DNA of 64,000 nt from a virus: the UHGV virus genome UHGV-0253196; one strand, written 5' to 3'. The notes under the pieces were generated by a model. It saw only the letters and a program-made list of their open reading frames with translations. It ran no database searches and was not told the origin of the DNA. Positions within the stretch are counted from its first letter, which is position 1. Each line of letters opens with the position of its first letter. Shown here piece after piece: positions 35,916-45,528 of this stretch. Position numbers and translations under genes: made by a program.

Positions 35916-36107
35916 TTGTTTACTCGTTATAGAATCATGAAGACCCTGGACACGTTAAAAGGTGAATGTCATGTTCGGTGTGTTTCATGCGGGAAACTAA
36001 TGACACCAAAAGAAGTGTATTATTTTGGAACCACCTGTGAAAAGTGTGAGCAAAAACAGTTAAAGAGGTTAGAGAATGAGCGAGTTATTGACGAAAGAAC
36101 AAGTTGA
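35916..36107 (+). CDS. small zinc-ribbon protein (CxxC...CxxC)
   Basis: GAGAGGTG RBS. CVSCGK...CEKCE motifs. Overlaps the primase start. Confidence 0.35.
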   Translation: MFTRYRIMKTLDTLKGECHVRCVSCGKLMTPKEVYYFGTTCEKCEQKQLKRLENERVIDERTS

Positions 36108-37080
36108 GGACTTATTAGATTACATAAGTGTTGATAAAGTAGGGGTGTGGAAGGGTAGTAATATCCAGTTTTGTTGTCCTATACACGGTGAATCACACCC
36201 ATCATGCGGAATCACTACGGAAGCTATAGACAGAGACACGGGCAGAACATTTCAAGCGTTTAACTGTCTTGCGTGTGGTGCACACGGTAACTTAGTTAAA
36301 TTCCTGTGGAAAAGTATGCCAGACGATTTCAAGACATATTGGGACGCCGCTTACTTTATGCAGGAGCGTTATAATCTGTTTTATGAGTTTGACCCGGACA
36401 GTGTTGAATCAGTTGCGCGCTATGATGAACAATACGAGGACAATGACGATTCAGAAAGAAGAATAATTAAGCCAAAGTATTTCATAGCACCATTTGAGAG
36501 CGGCAAGAAGACCTATAGATATTTCTTTGAGCGGGGATTTACAAAGTCCGAAATGAAAGAATACATGATAGGTCTTGACCGTGAGAGTAAGACCATCACT
36601 ATACCCGACTTTTGGGAAGACGGTCAGTTAGCGGGTGTTATTGGTCGTTATGTGTCACCACACAGAAGACACAATGAGCGGTATAAAATATACGACTATC
36701 CCAAGAATGATTTAATATACCCGCTGGACAAAATTAAGCCTGTCAACAACACCATTATCATTATGGAATCCATGCTAGATACAATACGTGTTAGACGACT
36801 GGGTTATGAGAACGCCGGGTGCATTAAAGGTATGTTAATGTCTGCAAGACAAGCTAGATGGCTACGCGAGAATTGCGCGTGTGTCATAGACCTGTTTGAT
36901 AATGATAGTGGTGGTATTAAAGCTCGGAAGATTGCAAAAGAACGTCTTTATGATATAAACTATAAAACGTGTGTTTATCCAGAGTACGGGAAAGACCCGT
37001 GCGACTGGGAAGACGAGGATTTAATAGAAACTATTGAGAGTGCAAAAACTATGCACGTATTTAAAGTACCACGATTATAA
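36076..37080 (+). CDS. DNA primase (DnaG-like zinc finger + TOPRIM)
   Basis: CPIHGESHPSCG...CLACG zinc-binding motifs. TOPRIM motifs IIMESMLD and DLFDNDSGG. Confidence 0.7.
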   Translation: MSELLTKEQVEDLLDYISVDKVGVWKGSNIQFCCPIHGESHPSCGITTEAIDRDTGRTFQAFNCLACGAHGNLVKFLWKSMPDDFKTYWDAAYFMQERYNLFYEFDPDSVESVARYDEQYEDNDDSERRIIKPKYFIAPFESGKKTYRYFFERGFTKSEMKEYMIGLDRESKTITIPDFWEDGQLAGVIGRYVSPHRRHNERYKIYDYPKNDLIYPLDKIKPVNNTIIIMESMLDTIRVRRLGYENAGCIKGMLMSARQARWLRENCACVIDLFDNDSGGIKARKIAKERLYDINYKTCVYPEYGKDPCDWEDEDLIETIESAKTMHVFKVPRL

Positions 37081-37092
37081 GGAGGTAGTGTA

Positions 37093-37518
37093 ATGGCTGT
37101 ATATGCATATGAGAAAGTAAAAACACCAAAAGAAAAAGCAGAGTTATATAAGTCACAACTTAGGTCATTCTACGGGTCTTTAGAAAATGCTGTAAACTAT
37201 CGTGTGTGTTCATTGGACTATTCCGTCATAGACAAAGGTATAGTGGATTGTGTGAACACCTTCAATCAACATGGTCTGCACACCATATACTCATGTTCGG
37301 GACATAGTGAGACTGATAATGCCTTTGTGGTGTTTGCGACATATGTCACCCGCGAAAAGATAGAGCACGAGTTTGAGTTGTTAGGTATCAAGAAAGGTGT
37401 GTATGAGATAGAGAAGAAGTCCATGTTCCAAGGTGAAGTAACCACACTAAAGGTAACAATACCACCAGACAGTAAAGAGTATTTCTATATCTGTAGTTTT
37501 CCAAAACACCGGAAATAG
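37093..37518 (+). CDS. hypothetical protein
   Basis: AAGGAGG RBS. 141 aa. Confidence 0.45.
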   Translation: MAVYAYEKVKTPKEKAELYKSQLRSFYGSLENAVNYRVCSLDYSVIDKGIVDCVNTFNQHGLHTIYSCSGHSETDNAFVVFATYVTREKIEHEFELLGIKKGVYEIEKKSMFQGEVTTLKVTIPPDSKEYFYICSFPKHRK

Positions 37519-37600
37519 AAGGGATTGTTGCACTTTGTAAATTGCCATGATATAATGCAATAGTCAATTCAAAACCATAAGATAAAAGGAGAGTGACACA

Positions 37601-38605
37601 ATGAGTAGAAAACTGTTTAACACGGGGTATACCGCTGTTAAAGAGGAAAAAGAACGTCAAGAGAGAAACCGCGAGAAAGTAAAGGGTAAACTTTGGGACT
37701 TCTACCTGTCTGATGATGGTGACGAAGCACAAGTACGTTTCTTGACCGAGGAACCTGTAAACTACTATGCACATTCTGTTCCAGAAAAAGGCGGCAGGTA
37801 TCAAGAACACATATGCACCCAAGATGATGATTGTGAGTATTGCAACGAGGGTGACAAACCGCAGTTCAAGAGTGCGTACCTTATCTGGGACAAGCGGGAG
37901 TATGAGACCACCAACGAAAAGGGTAAGAAAGTTAAGAAGTCCGGGTGCTTAAGACTGTACACCCAGGGGACTAAAGTAACGTCACAGCTTGCCCGCATTT
38001 CATCAAAGAGTGGTATCACTGTGAAAGACCTTAATATTGTTCGTTCCGGGAAAGGGACACAAACGTCCTATATGTTTGAAAACGATTTTGAGCGGGAACC
38101 TTTAACTGCTGATGAAGTTCGTGAAATGCTGGCAGTGTTGCCAGAAGAACAGCAAGCTATGTATAAGGGTGACGTTAAGAAGGGTAACAAGTCCTTGCTT
38201 AATGTAGTCATGGCACAGCTTGAAATGCGTATGGACGATTACGAAGAAGACAAGAACACCAATTATGATGAAGACGAGGATTATGACGAATCAGACGGTG
38301 ATGAAGACGAGGAAGAAACACCCAGAAGGTATTCAAAGTCCAGCACAAAAAAGACTTCTAATAAACGTACATCATCAAACAAACGTAAGCGTTACGAAGA
38401 CGAGGACGAAGAAGATGAAGACGACTATGAGGAAGATTATGACGAAGATGAAGACGAGGACGATTACTACATTCCAGATGATGAAGACGAGGAAGACGAT
38501 TTTCCAATGAACAGTCCCCGGTCTTCCAGAAAGTCCGCACCAGCAAAGAGAACACCCGCACCCAAGAGTAACAAGGGACGTTCAAAGGGTCTGTTCAGAA
38601 AGTAA
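37601..38605 (+). CDS. gp32-like ssDNA-binding protein with long acidic/basic low-complexity tail
   Basis: AAAAGGAGAG RBS. GDEAQVRFLTEEP and the Zn-site-like HICTQDDDCEYC resemble the T4 gp32 core (GNGQAVIRFLP, H/C3 site). C-terminus is a poly-D/E tract followed by a basic tail. Confidence 0.45.
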   Translation: MSRKLFNTGYTAVKEEKERQERNREKVKGKLWDFYLSDDGDEAQVRFLTEEPVNYYAHSVPEKGGRYQEHICTQDDDCEYCNEGDKPQFKSAYLIWDKREYETTNEKGKKVKKSGCLRLYTQGTKVTSQLARISSKSGITVKDLNIVRSGKGTQTSYMFENDFEREPLTADEVREMLAVLPEEQQAMYKGDVKKGNKSLLNVVMAQLEMRMDDYEEDKNTNYDEDEDYDESDGDEDEEETPRRYSKSSTKKTSNKRTSSNKRKRYEDEDEEDEDDYEEDYDEDEDEDDYYIPDDEDEEDDFPMNSPRSSRKSAPAKRTPAPKSNKGRSKGLFRK

Positions 38606-38657
38606 AACTACACACTGTATAGTGTAGAAATAAAACACACATAAGGAGAAAAAAGAC

Positions 38658-38936
38658 ATGAGTAAATTAGGAATCAAGGAAGTAGCTGAGAGAGTTGCAG
38701 AGAAGACCGGGAAAAGTGTGAAACTGTCCAAAGACGTTATCAATGCCACACTTGAAACAATCCAGGAGGAACTTGCCGAGGGCAATGACGTTGCGTTTGT
38801 GGGCTATGTGTCCTTTAACGTTGAAGAAGTTGCCGCACGTTCCGGCAGTTGTGCAGGACGGAAATGGTCTAAACCCGCACACTCTGTAGTGAAAGCAAAG
38901 CTGGGAGCAAAACTGAAAAACGCTGTAGAGGAATAA
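38658..38936 (+). CDS. HU/IHF-family DNA-binding protein (TF1-like)
   Basis: AAGGAG RBS. 92 aa. GFGKF-type beta-arm motif FVGYVSFNVEEVAARSG...G. Confidence 0.7.
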   Translation: MSKLGIKEVAERVAEKTGKSVKLSKDVINATLETIQEELAEGNDVAFVGYVSFNVEEVAARSGSCAGRKWSKPAHSVVKAKLGAKLKNAVEE

Positions 38937-39022
38937 GTCTTTCGTGTTTGACTGATTGTAGGTGTTATGCTATGATAACAACGTAGTGTAGCACCTATTT
39001 TTATTGTAGAGAAGGTGAGAGA

Positions 39023-41221
39023 ATGAAAGACGAAAGACTTAGAATGATGAAGCCCGTGGTCTACAATTCGTTATTCTCCAAGTGGTATCCTGTAAGACCG
39101 CGAATAGAAAAATACACCATTGTAGACACCATTCCAAAACTTAGGAAGTTGGCGAAAAAAGCAAAGAAACAGACTGAATTTTCTTTTGATACAGAGACCA
39201 ACGGGTTAAGAGCATACGGGCCAGACAAGAATTTCAGATGTGTGTGTATCACAATGAGCTGGGGGCCTAGAAATAACTATTATATCCCGCTTGCACACTT
39301 GCGTGACGAGGACATAGATAGAAACCTTGATTTAAGTGTTGCACGTCCTTTGTTAAATAAGATACTGGGCCGCAAAGACGTAAGATTGATAGGACATAAC
39401 ATAAAATTTGATATGCACGTATTAGCGCGTATTGGCGTTTATGTAAAGACAAGAGACTTATTCGACACAATGGTAGGTGTTTGGCTATGTGATGAAAACA
39501 CACCTAACGGTTTGAAAGAATCTTCAAAGATTAAGATGGATATAGACCAGACCCATTTTGCAGACGCAGTGGCTACAGTTCCAAAAGAAGTTAAAAAGCG
39601 TTTTGGTCTTAAGCCTAACAGTAAAGCCACGTATGACCTTGTGCTGATAGACGAAGGTGCACCATACGCGTTAGATGATAGTTACTTTACCTGGGAACTG
39701 TACTTAGGTTTGTTAGAAGAACTTGAACATGAAGAAATGGATAAGATTTTCTACAAACACTATATGCCGTTCATATGGACACTGTATCATATGGAAGAAC
39801 GAGGTATCACCGTTGATGTAGACAAGCTTAGACACATGGGTGTTGATATGGACAAAGACCTTGAAGACCTCATGTATCAGATGGTAGAGATTGCAGGTAT
39901 ACAGTTTAATCCGTCTTCACAGCAGTTAGGTGAATTATTGTTTGGTTATGTTAAAGAAGACAAGCTGAACGAAAAGACAGGTAAGATAACCAAAGCAAAC
40001 CCAAACTGGGACATTATCAAGCGTTCCTTTAAGTTCCGTATCATAAGCACCACACCAAAAGGTGCACCACAAGTTAATAATGACGTGTTGTGGAAATTAT
40101 CGCGCTTAGAATATAAAAAGAATAAGCGCAAACAGCAAGGTGTAGAATTTGTAAAGCTGTTAATGTCCTACAACAAAATCAAAAAGTTAAAGAGTGCTTT
40201 TGTTGACGGTCTGTTAGACCAGATATATGATGATGGGAAAGCACACCCTTCCTATAACATCATAGGGACAGACACGGGACGTTTAAGCTGTACAAGCCCT
40301 AACCTACAGCAGTTGCCGAAAGCAGAGGAAGAAGACCAGTACCAGATTAGAAGTGTGTTTATCGGTAGCTTAGATAAGTTCACGGGTAAACGTAAAAAGT
40401 TAATCGCGTGTGATTATGCTAACCTGGAAATGCGTGTTCTTGCACACTTCTCAAAAGACAAGAATTTGATAGATATGTTCTTGTCCGGGGCAGATACACA
40501 TGGTGCCACTGCTGTTAATATGTTCAATCTTGACTGTGAACCGAATGAGGTAAAGAAGAAGTATCACCATTTGAGACAAGCCGCGAAAACCATTAACTTT
40601 ATGTTGATGTATGGCGGCGGTAGATTCAGACTATATACTGCACTTAAGGACGACCAATCTTCACCTATTGATTTAGGTAGTGAGGAATACACCACACTGT
40701 ATGCTAAACAGATAGCAGAGTTCAAGCGCAATTTCCGGGGACGTAAAGTACCTAGTGACGGGGAGATAGTAGCACAGATTTACATTGACCGTTACTTTGA
40801 TTCATACAAGGGTGTTGCTGAGTTCATTAAAAGAGAAAAACGCTATGCACATAGACATGGGTATGTGTACACCTTAAAACGCCGTAAAAGACGTATCCCA
40901 GACATTAACAGTGATAACTTTGGTACTGTAGGGTATTGTGAACGTGTTAGTGTTAATGCACCTATCCAAGGTAGCGCGGCAGACATAACGTCCAGTGCAC
41001 AGAACCGTGTTGACCTTGACGAGTTTTTTGTAGAACACGGTGCACTGTTATTACTCCAAGTGCATGATGAACTTGTCATGGAATGTCCAGAAGAACACGT
41101 AGAGGTAGTCACTAAACGTCTGCAAGAGTTAATGGCACACCCATTCGGTGATAACATTGAACTGAACCTACCACTTAGAGCAGACGCAGATTCAGGGGAT
41201 TCCTACCAGGATGCCAAGTAA
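39023..41221 (+). CDS. DNA polymerase I family (PolA) with 3'-5' exonuclease domain
   Basis: Exo I motif FSFDTETNGL and exo II motif HNIKFDM. Polymerase motif A DYANLEMRVLAH, motif B RQAAKTINFMLMYGGG, motif C QVHDELV. Confidence 0.85.
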   Translation: MKDERLRMMKPVVYNSLFSKWYPVRPRIEKYTIVDTIPKLRKLAKKAKKQTEFSFDTETNGLRAYGPDKNFRCVCITMSWGPRNNYYIPLAHLRDEDIDRNLDLSVARPLLNKILGRKDVRLIGHNIKFDMHVLARIGVYVKTRDLFDTMVGVWLCDENTPNGLKESSKIKMDIDQTHFADAVATVPKEVKKRFGLKPNSKATYDLVLIDEGAPYALDDSYFTWELYLGLLEELEHEEMDKIFYKHYMPFIWTLYHMEERGITVDVDKLRHMGVDMDKDLEDLMYQMVEIAGIQFNPSSQQLGELLFGYVKEDKLNEKTGKITKANPNWDIIKRSFKFRIISTTPKGAPQVNNDVLWKLSRLEYKKNKRKQQGVEFVKLLMSYNKIKKLKSAFVDGLLDQIYDDGKAHPSYNIIGTDTGRLSCTSPNLQQLPKAEEEDQYQIRSVFIGSLDKFTGKRKKLIACDYANLEMRVLAHFSKDKNLIDMFLSGADTHGATAVNMFNLDCEPNEVKKKYHHLRQAAKTINFMLMYGGGRFRLYTALKDDQSSPIDLGSEEYTTLYAKQIAEFKRNFRGRKVPSDGEIVAQIYIDRYFDSYKGVAEFIKREKRYAHRHGYVYTLKRRKRRIPDINSDNFGTVGYCERVSVNAPIQGSAADITSSAQNRVDLDEFFVEHGALLLLQVHDELVMECPEEHVEVVTKRLQELMAHPFGDNIELNLPLRADADSGDSYQDAK

Positions 41222-41260
41222 AATCTGACAGTTATCAAGACGCAAAGTAAGAGGTGTTAT

Positions 41261-41428
41261 ATGAAAGACCAAAAATGGGTTGACCTGTGTGGTAATTGTG
41301 CTAATATTAATATGTGTGAATCTTATTGTTATGGTTCCATGTACAGAAGGAGCACGGTTAAGTATTTGCGCTTTAAGTTTAGTGTTTGGTTACAACACCA
41401 GATTGACAAGGTGTTTGCAATAAGGTAA
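41261..41428 (+). CDS. small Cys-rich protein (55 aa)
   Basis: GAGGTG RBS. Contains CGNCANINMCESYCYG. Confidence 0.3.
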   Translation: MKDQKWVDLCGNCANINMCESYCYGSMYRRSTVKYLRFKFSVWLQHQIDKVFAIR

Positions 41429-41516
41429 TTTGACAAGTTTCTTTGTTGATGTTATATTTCACCTATCAGCAAATAAGCTGTCACAAAATACAAAAGTAGA
41501 AAAGGAGATTGAAAAC

Positions 41517-41945
41517 ATGGCAACAACGACAAGTAAGTTATCAGGAAACGCAGTAAAGAAGAATGTAGGTGCACAGGCACCGAAAGCAACACCAGCACCC
41601 GCACCACAGGCGACACCCGCACCCGTCCAGGATAAGACTTCCAGTGTTGACCCTAAAGGTGTATCAAAGTTCCTTGAAAGTGTTCGCACGAATAATGTAG
41701 AGGACATTGTGTGGGCGATTGTGACCGCCGGGGAATTTGACACCCTCACCAATGAAGCTATTGAGGAAGCTGTACAGAACGTAAGTAATGCTTTAGGTGT
41801 TGTCGATATGGAACACCGTACAGAGATTGACAACCTTTCTAAAGAACTGGACGCTATGCGTGAGCAGTTAGAAGGTGCACTTGCAGAACGTGACAAAGCA
41901 AATGACCGTGTAAAAATGCTGTGCGGTATTATTGCTGATATGTAA
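41517..41945 (+). CDS. hypothetical protein with Pro/Ala-rich linker and C-terminal coiled coil
   Basis: AAAAGGAG RBS. 143 aa. Confidence 0.45.
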   Translation: MATTTSKLSGNAVKKNVGAQAPKATPAPAPQATPAPVQDKTSSVDPKGVSKFLESVRTNNVEDIVWAIVTAGEFDTLTNEAIEEAVQNVSNALGVVDMEHRTEIDNLSKELDAMREQLEGALAERDKANDRVKMLCGIIADM

Positions 41946-41975
41946 GACGTATTACAATTTACATGAAGTAGGGTA

Positions 41976-42023
41976 TTGACCTCCTAGTGTGTTTATGCTA
42001 ATATGTACGTGTGATTAACACAC
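41976..42023 (+). promoter_or_regulatory. promoter TTGACC-17-TAATAT (motif copy 2) plus GTGTG-attaa-CACAC dyad
   Basis: Shares TTGACC...GTGTTTATGCTAATAT with the 32332 promoter. Confidence 0.45.
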
Positions 42024-42057
42024 TCGTACAACGCTAAACATATTAGGAGGTTTTCAT

Positions 42058-42777
42058 ATGAAAGACAAGAAAGAGAAGTCGATGTTTAGTGACGAGAGGA
42101 CAAAGTTTATTTATTTCGACTTTGTTATAATTAGTGCGATACTTGCTTTTATCAGTATACGAGGTGAGTATGTACACGCTGTATTGTGGGCCGTTGTTGA
42201 ATTGATTGTGACCCCGTTCATTGTGAGAAAAGGTGTTCGTTTACAGCTTATGTTGTTCACCATAATAGCGTTTTTCGCTCTCACAGTAGCGGGCGTGTCA
42301 GTCAACAAAATGTTTAAGACAGCCCAAGCTAGTTCAAGTGCTGTAATATCTGAGAGTGTAGCGGCAGAAATGTCCTCCATGAACGCCGAACTTGAAAGAC
42401 TAAAGAAAGAGTCCGAAAAGCAGAGCGAGCGCGAGAGCGTCCGAGAATCATTAGACGCATATTATACCGCCGAATACCCCGGAGAAACGCCTACAGACAC
42501 CGTAGAAGACGCTACAGATACCACAGCGAACCAGCAAACAGAAACACCAGAAACAACCACAAAAGAGTTTGATGGCAAGATACCTACAAGCAGAATGATT
42601 TACACAGGTTCCGACTTGTTCTGGACAGCCACAAACGACTACTACGGTCACGTACTTAAAACAACATTGAATGAAATAACCATTGAGTTAGCAAACGGTG
42701 ATGTTGTAGTACAGCCTAGAAAGTCAATCATGCAAGCTGATTTATATGGGTATAACCCAAACAATGTAGACCAGTAA
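42058..42777 (+). CDS. membrane protein (three transmembrane segments) with coiled-coil and Thr/Glu-rich segment
   Basis: AGGAGG RBS. 239 aa. Confidence 0.5.
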   Translation: MKDKKEKSMFSDERTKFIYFDFVIISAILAFISIRGEYVHAVLWAVVELIVTPFIVRKGVRLQLMLFTIIAFFALTVAGVSVNKMFKTAQASSSAVISESVAAEMSSMNAELERLKKESEKQSERESVRESLDAYYTAEYPGETPTDTVEDATDTTANQQTETPETTTKEFDGKIPTSRMIYTGSDLFWTATNDYYGHVLKTTLNEITIELANGDVVVQPRKSIMQADLYGYNPNNVDQ

Positions 42778-42820
42778 GCACACAAAAGAAATAAGCGTTG
42801 TATAGGTGTTAATCACATTG

Positions 42821-42847
42821 GGCGGGACTTAATTGTCCCGTCTTTTT
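42821..42847 (+). terminator. rho-independent terminator
   Basis: CGGGAC-ttaatt-GTCCCG followed by TCTTTTT. Confidence 0.55.
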
Positions 42848-42855
42848 ACGTGAAA

Positions 42856-42884
42856 TTGACTTATATTTTGAAAAATGTTATGAT
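42856..42884 (+). promoter_or_regulatory. sigma-A-type promoter TTGACT-17-TATGAT
   Basis: Read in the sequence. Confidence 0.45.
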
Positions 42885-42923
42885 TGTATTACTAAATTAC
42901 AATACATAAGGAGGAAGTGTTAA

Positions 42924-43115
42924 ATGGCTAATGAAAGATACACCATCCTGGTAGAACCATGTCTTACAGACCGGGCCGCACAGACCTACAAGAAAAGATA
43001 TAACACACTGTCTGAGTTCTACACCACAGCGATTTTAAATCAGCTTGAAAATGATGGGGACTTTGATATTCGTGATGAATACCAGGAGGTGTTAGAACGT
43101 GCCGAAGAAAATTAG
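42924..43115 (+). CDS. hypothetical protein
   Basis: AAGGAGG RBS. 63 aa. Confidence 0.45.
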   Translation: MANERYTILVEPCLTDRAAQTYKKRYNTLSEFYTTAILNQLENDGDFDIRDEYQEVLERAEEN

Positions 43116-44238
43116 TTTAAAGACAAAAGGTAGTGTTGGTGTTTCCAGAAACCAGCAGACAGAAAAGAGTACACCAAAACCACAGAACAAAGCAATAACC
43201 CCGGCTCAAAAGAAGTTGTTAGACGAACTGTCAAAGAAGTTCGGAGAGAATGTAGTATTATTAGGTGTTCCAGAAAAGCGCATAGTGATACAGAGAATAA
43301 GAACAGGGTCATTATCACTTGACATAGACTTAGGTGGTGGTATACCTTGCGGTAGATATACAGAGATTGCAGGGCCGTTGTCTTCTACTAAAACTACAAC
43401 GTCCTTGCATATTTTGCGCAACGCGCAGAGAATGGGTAAAGTGTGTGTTTTAGTAGACGCAGAGGGAACTACAGACCCAGAGTATTTAGAGCGTTTAGGT
43501 ATTAACCCTAATATGCTTTACTATTCCCGTCCAGACAGTTTAGAGGAAGCGGCACAGTTGTTGTTAGACCTACAAAAAAGTGGTCTTGTACAAGTTGGTC
43601 TTTTAGACAGTATCGCCGCTTTAGGTGCCAACAAAGAGAATGAGAGTGAAATGCAAGACACCACCCAATTAGGTGTTACACAGAAGTTGTGGGGAGAGTT
43701 TTTCCGTAAATACCAGATGAACAACAATCGTTTAGAACGAATGGGTAATGAAGCGTTCACCTTAATCGGTCTTAACCAGTTGCGTGAGAAGATAGGTGTT
43801 ATGCACGGAGACCCGGAATACAGTCCAGGAGGACGTGCAAAAGGTTTTACTGCAAGTGTTGAACTTAGATTCCGCACAGGTGATTGGATTTATGAAGGTA
43901 AGGGACAAGACAAGAAACCAGTAGGTCAAGTAGTCAAGTATAAGATAACCAAGAACAAGACCTACGCGAGAATGAGAAGTGGGGAGTTTGACTTTTACTT
44001 TGAAGAAAATGAAGCGGGTGTTCCTAAAAGTTATGTTGATAACCAGAAAGAAATAGTTGTGTTAGGATACAAGTATAACGTCATTGAAAGAAGTGGCGGG
44101 TGGTTCAAATATAACGGTGAGAAGTACCAGGGACTTGATTCTATTATTTCCGCGCTGAAAGAGCAACCACACCTGTTAGAAGAAATCAGGGAGAAGATTT
44201 ACAAAGTTGCTATTGTAGGTAACCATTATGAAGCATGA
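43099..44238 (+). CDS. RecA-family recombinase
   Basis: Strong colinear match to the RecA core: TGSLSLDIDLGGGIPCGRYTEIAGPLSSTKTT...CVLVDAEGTTDPEYLERLGINPNMLYYSRPDS...LLDSIAAL. The P-loop reads GPLSSTKT rather than GPESSGKT. Confidence 0.7.
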   Translation: MPKKISLKTKGSVGVSRNQQTEKSTPKPQNKAITPAQKKLLDELSKKFGENVVLLGVPEKRIVIQRIRTGSLSLDIDLGGGIPCGRYTEIAGPLSSTKTTTSLHILRNAQRMGKVCVLVDAEGTTDPEYLERLGINPNMLYYSRPDSLEEAAQLLLDLQKSGLVQVGLLDSIAALGANKENESEMQDTTQLGVTQKLWGEFFRKYQMNNNRLERMGNEAFTLIGLNQLREKIGVMHGDPEYSPGGRAKGFTASVELRFRTGDWIYEGKGQDKKPVGQVVKYKITKNKTYARMRSGEFDFYFEENEAGVPKSYVDNQKEIVVLGYKYNVIERSGGWFKYNGEKYQGLDSIISALKEQPHLLEEIREKIYKVAIVGNHYEA

Positions 44239-44473
44239 GTTTAATATAGGTTATGACGCAATAATAGACCGTCTGGAAAAGAGTAGTCAGTATTTAATGT
44301 CGTGTTATAATTGTAGATACTTTCAGAAGTGTAAAGGTGATACTGAGGAAGTATGTCAGAATGAAGACGTGCTAGAGTATGACATGATGATGAACGGTAA
44401 CAACATTTGTTGTCTTAGGTGGAAACCACCAGAAAGAGCAAACAAGAAACGTTACAAGCTGTTAGGAAGGTAG
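44228..44473 (+). CDS. small Cys-rich protein
   Basis: 81 aa with 7 Cys (CYNCRYFQKC...C...CC). Confidence 0.35.
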   Translation: MKHEFNIGYDAIIDRLEKSSQYLMSCYNCRYFQKCKGDTEEVCQNEDVLEYDMMMNGNNICCLRWKPPERANKKRYKLLGR

Positions 44474-44475
44474 TT

Positions 44476-44667
44476 ATGAAATACGTAAAGGTAGAAAAGA
44501 CCTGTGCTGTATGCAAGTGTGTTAGATGTGAGCACAACAGTCTTATAAACAGGGACTGTTTTAATTGCATTAAGTGTTACGGGTTTGCCAATTATGTTGA
44601 TAAACATGGTGAGGGGTGTACCTATGATAAGAACAAAGAAAGAACGTTCAAAGAGACAGGAGAGTAG
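44476..44667 (+). CDS. small Cys-rich zinc-ribbon protein
   Basis: GGAAGG RBS. CAVCKCVRCEH...CFNCIKC. Confidence 0.35.
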   Translation: MKYVKVEKTCAVCKCVRCEHNSLINRDCFNCIKCYGFANYVDKHGEGCTYDKNKERTFKETGE

Positions 44668-45145
44668 AGTTGCAAGAGAAGTAAACGGGCGTGTTACACT
44701 TGCCAGCGGCGCATTGTGGATGGCAAAAGGTGATGTGCGCAGTAGTGATTACTTAGTAGAGTGTAAGACCACAGAAAAGAAAGTATACCCGTTAAGTATT
44801 AAGACGTGGTTAAAGATAACAGATGAAGCTACAAGTGATGGGTTCCGTATTCCTGTTATGTGTATTGACCTTGAAGACGGGGTGCACAAGAAAGCAGTGT
44901 TTAAGTGTTCAGACTTCTTTGAGGACAAACCGCGTAGGGTAGTAAGAAGTTCTGGTCTATTCTACGAGGAAGATGATACCATAGAATCAGAACGTTATTT
45001 GACCGCAAAACAAGTACCTGTCACTGAAAAGGATAAGGTGTTTTATGTGTCCGGGAAAATAGAACACGTTACCATGTCTTTTGAATTATGTGTTGTAGAC
45101 TGGGACGTGTTTGTAAGACGAGTTATAGAGAAGGAGGTATCATAA
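44624..45145 (+). CDS. PD-(D/E)xK nuclease, Hjc/RecU-like (possible Holliday junction resolvase), copy 1
   Basis: ESRVAREVNGRVTLASGA...GDVRSSDYLVECKTT fits the Hjc pattern E..v...G..v.r.SG...D...iE.K. Confidence 0.4.
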   Translation: MIRTKKERSKRQESRVAREVNGRVTLASGALWMAKGDVRSSDYLVECKTTEKKVYPLSIKTWLKITDEATSDGFRIPVMCIDLEDGVHKKAVFKCSDFFEDKPRRVVRSSGLFYEEDDTIESERYLTAKQVPVTEKDKVFYVSGKIEHVTMSFELCVVDWDVFVRRVIEKEVS

Positions 45146-45525
45146 TGAATGTTAAGCACTTGAACATTGCGGTCGTGTGTAATGGGCGCAGAGAGTTAAA
45201 CGCCGCTATGTTTGATATAATAGAGGCTGAAAATTCAAAAGGTGCTATCGTCCAGAAATATATTAAAGGACAGGAATTGCGTGTTATGTACCCAGAACTT
45301 ATAGTCATCTTTAAAGCAATACTCGTAGGTGATTACAGAAACGCACACGGTATGCGTTATGATGGTGTATTGTACGAGACAGGCAGTTTCTACGCCAGAG
45401 AGTTTGCATTAGAGGTGGTGGAGTGTTGCACACTGAAAAGCAAGATAGCAGAGGCGTTTCATTTAATGGAAATATCACAGTATTTGAGAAGTAAACACAT
45501 TTACAGGTGTGTAAAAGGAGACTAG
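45145..45525 (+). CDS. hypothetical protein
   Basis: GAAGGAGG RBS. 126 aa. Confidence 0.4.
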   Translation: MNVKHLNIAVVCNGRRELNAAMFDIIEAENSKGAIVQKYIKGQELRVMYPELIVIFKAILVGDYRNAHGMRYDGVLYETGSFYAREFALEVVECCTLKSKIAEAFHLMEISQYLRSKHIYRCVKGD

Positions 45526-45528
45526 CAG

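Noticed and set aside
38220-38510. Alternative-frame ORF (96 aa) inside the SSB-like gene
   Set aside because: Generated by the low-complexity GAA/GAC repeat region of the acidic tail. Overlaps a gene with a good RBS.
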